A DNA stretch of 61,505 nt, the filler included, from Nemertoderma westbladi (lineage: Eukaryota; Animalia; Xenacoelomorpha): assembly GCA_032718475.1 (NCBI GenBank). It is 3 parts of 3 records of this genome, joined end to end, with 100 filler letters (N's around TTAATTAATTAA, not from the genome) between each part and the next. Parts side by side here need not be neighbours in the genome. Positions count along the whole stretch, not along the records: positions 47,236 to 61,505 come from JAUCBJ010003361.1; 2 more parts are not named here. One strand, given 5' to 3'. The notes below the pieces were generated by a model. The model saw only the letters and a program-made list of their open reading frames with translations, searched no databases and had not been told where the DNA came from. Position 1 is the stretch's first letter. Each line of letters starts with the position of its first letter. This document shows positions 59,837 to 61,505 of the stretch, piece after piece. The translations under genes were made by a program, and so were the position numbers.

Positions 59837-61354
59837 CCCTATTAAACCCGGGGAAGAGGGTCCCCCGTGGGAAATCTGAAATTTTGTGACATTTCCTAAA
59901 AATCTATTGGCTTCCTAATAGTGAAAACGGTTTTCAAAAATATTGGGAAGTTTTCGAGTTATAGCACCATTTTTTAACCCTACTTTTGGCACTTTTTTTG
60001 AGAGTTTTTTGAAAATTACATTTCATTAAATATGATTTGTAACATCTCTATTTTTGATTTACACCAGTTTTTTGGTGTTTGCAATTGGATGGAATTCATA
60101 TAAATTAATTTAGAAATTTCAAACTTGTTTTTTCGGCGGGTGCCAATTTTGGTGCCAGCACCAAATTTTGAAATATGTCAAATTTGTAAATTGATTGTTT
60201 GAACCTGTTTTTTGCGCAATAGGGGTTTTTTAGGGTTCTTATTTCGATGGAATATATACGAGTTGCACCAGGAGTATCAAACTTGTATTTTTCGGTCGCG
60301 ATGTGCAAAATTTGGTGCCAGCACGAAATTTTGAAAATCTCATTCAATAGTTAAATTGATTGTTACAACTTATTTCTCGCGTTTTAGAGGTTTATGGCGG
60401 TTCTGAATTCAATGAAATAAATAATTATCTAACTAGACATCTCAAACTTGTATTTTTCGGAAGTGGGTGCAAAATTTGGTGCTAGCACCAAATTTTGAAA
60501 ACCACCAAATATATCAATTGATTGTATCACCTTGTTTCTTGCGTTATACGGGTTTGTAAGGGTTCTGAATTCAATGGAATATGTAAAAATTCCATAAGAG
60601 TTTTCAAACCTGTATTTTTCGCCGGTGGGTGAAAATTGTTGTGCCAGCACCAAATTTTGAAAATAAGCAAATTGATCAATAGATAGTATCATCTTGTTTC
60701 ATTGCGTTATACGGGTTTATGGGGGTCCTGAATCCGATGGAATCAATAAAAACCGCACTGGACATCTCAAACTTGTACTTTTTGGTGATGGGTACGAAAT
60801 TTGGTGCTAGCACCAAAATTTGCCATATTACGCCGAAAAATACAAGTAGCAATGATCTGGCAAATTTATAAATGTATTCCATTAGAATCAGCGCCCCTGA
60901 AAACCTAAAATGTGAATATATAGCATTGTATAAGTGAATTAAAAATTTTGTGTTCAAACTGAAAAGTGCTGGTTACTTGTTTTTTTTTCATTTTTTGCCT
61001 AAGTAGAGTACTAAAACAGCCATTTATAGTAATCAGATCATTTTTAAATACTTTCCAATGAATTTTGCGCCCCAGAAAACCTGTATTGAAAAACAATTAG
61101 CCGAAAATTATAACTTTCAAATTTTATGAAAATTGTTCACTACTTGTAATTTTGGTGCAGCCAAATAACCACCCCAGTACTTTTTTCGAAATTTTTTTGT
61201 ATCGGTCGGATTCGGACTAGTGAGATCTACGTACAAACAAAAAATCAGGCGTTTTCGTTAAAATGTGTAGATTTAGAGGGAAGGGTCAATATGACCCCCC
61301 CCCCCCCCCCCCCCGCGGTATTTGTACAACATTTTATAGCCGGTAATAATAGGG
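59837..61354. mobile_element. Non-autonomous piggyBac-like element with an internal about 163-bp tandem repeat
   Basis: TTAA|CCCTATTAAACCCGG ... CCGGTAATAATAGGG|TTAA. Internal GGTGCYAGCACSAAAWTTTG units at about 60151, 60314, 60478, 60640 and 60803. Confidence 0.8.
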
Positions 61355-61505
61355 TTAAAAGGATGGATGGTTGATTAGCAACAACCGAATAAAGATAAAA
61401 AATGTGAATGTCTTGTACATATTATTATTATTAGCACATTATACATAAGTAGGAATACCAGATAACAATGAGGCACCTCATTTAGATTTATTGACTAATA
61501 AACAA

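Overview
AT-rich, repeat-dense genomic DNA from an animal, probably a bilaterian invertebrate. It is not prokaryotic. Two artificial 100-bp linkers (44 N + TTAATTAATTAA + 44 N, at 16866-16965 and 47136-47235) split it into three segments that may not be adjacent in the genome. Host genes: an intronless tetraspanin (27093-27779) and the first three coding exons of a prominin (38476-44377). Most of the rest is mobile or repetitive: a near-complete CR1/L2-group LINE ORF2 with a 2A-like motif, other CR1/L2 fragments, five RTE pieces, tRNA-derived SINEs, piggyBac-, Harbinger- and MULE-type MITEs, a pogo-like HTH remnant, and tandem arrays with units of 25, 41, 39, 49, 315, 36, about 68 and about 52 bp. 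The most notable observations are: (1) a lone Maverick/adintovirus pX- or gasderminX-like gene followed directly by a 315-bp array holding seven co-oriented CTCF-like motifs; (2) a hydrophobic leader and 2A-like peptide on the LINE ORF; (3) a cassette present in two copies that carries a tRNA-like head, CCAAT boxes, a heat-shock-element-like motif, a TATA box and a conserved intron; (4) a compact zinc-finger ORF between direct repeats; (5) a decayed gene with three zinc knuckles. All family assignments come from reading motifs by eye; no database search was run.
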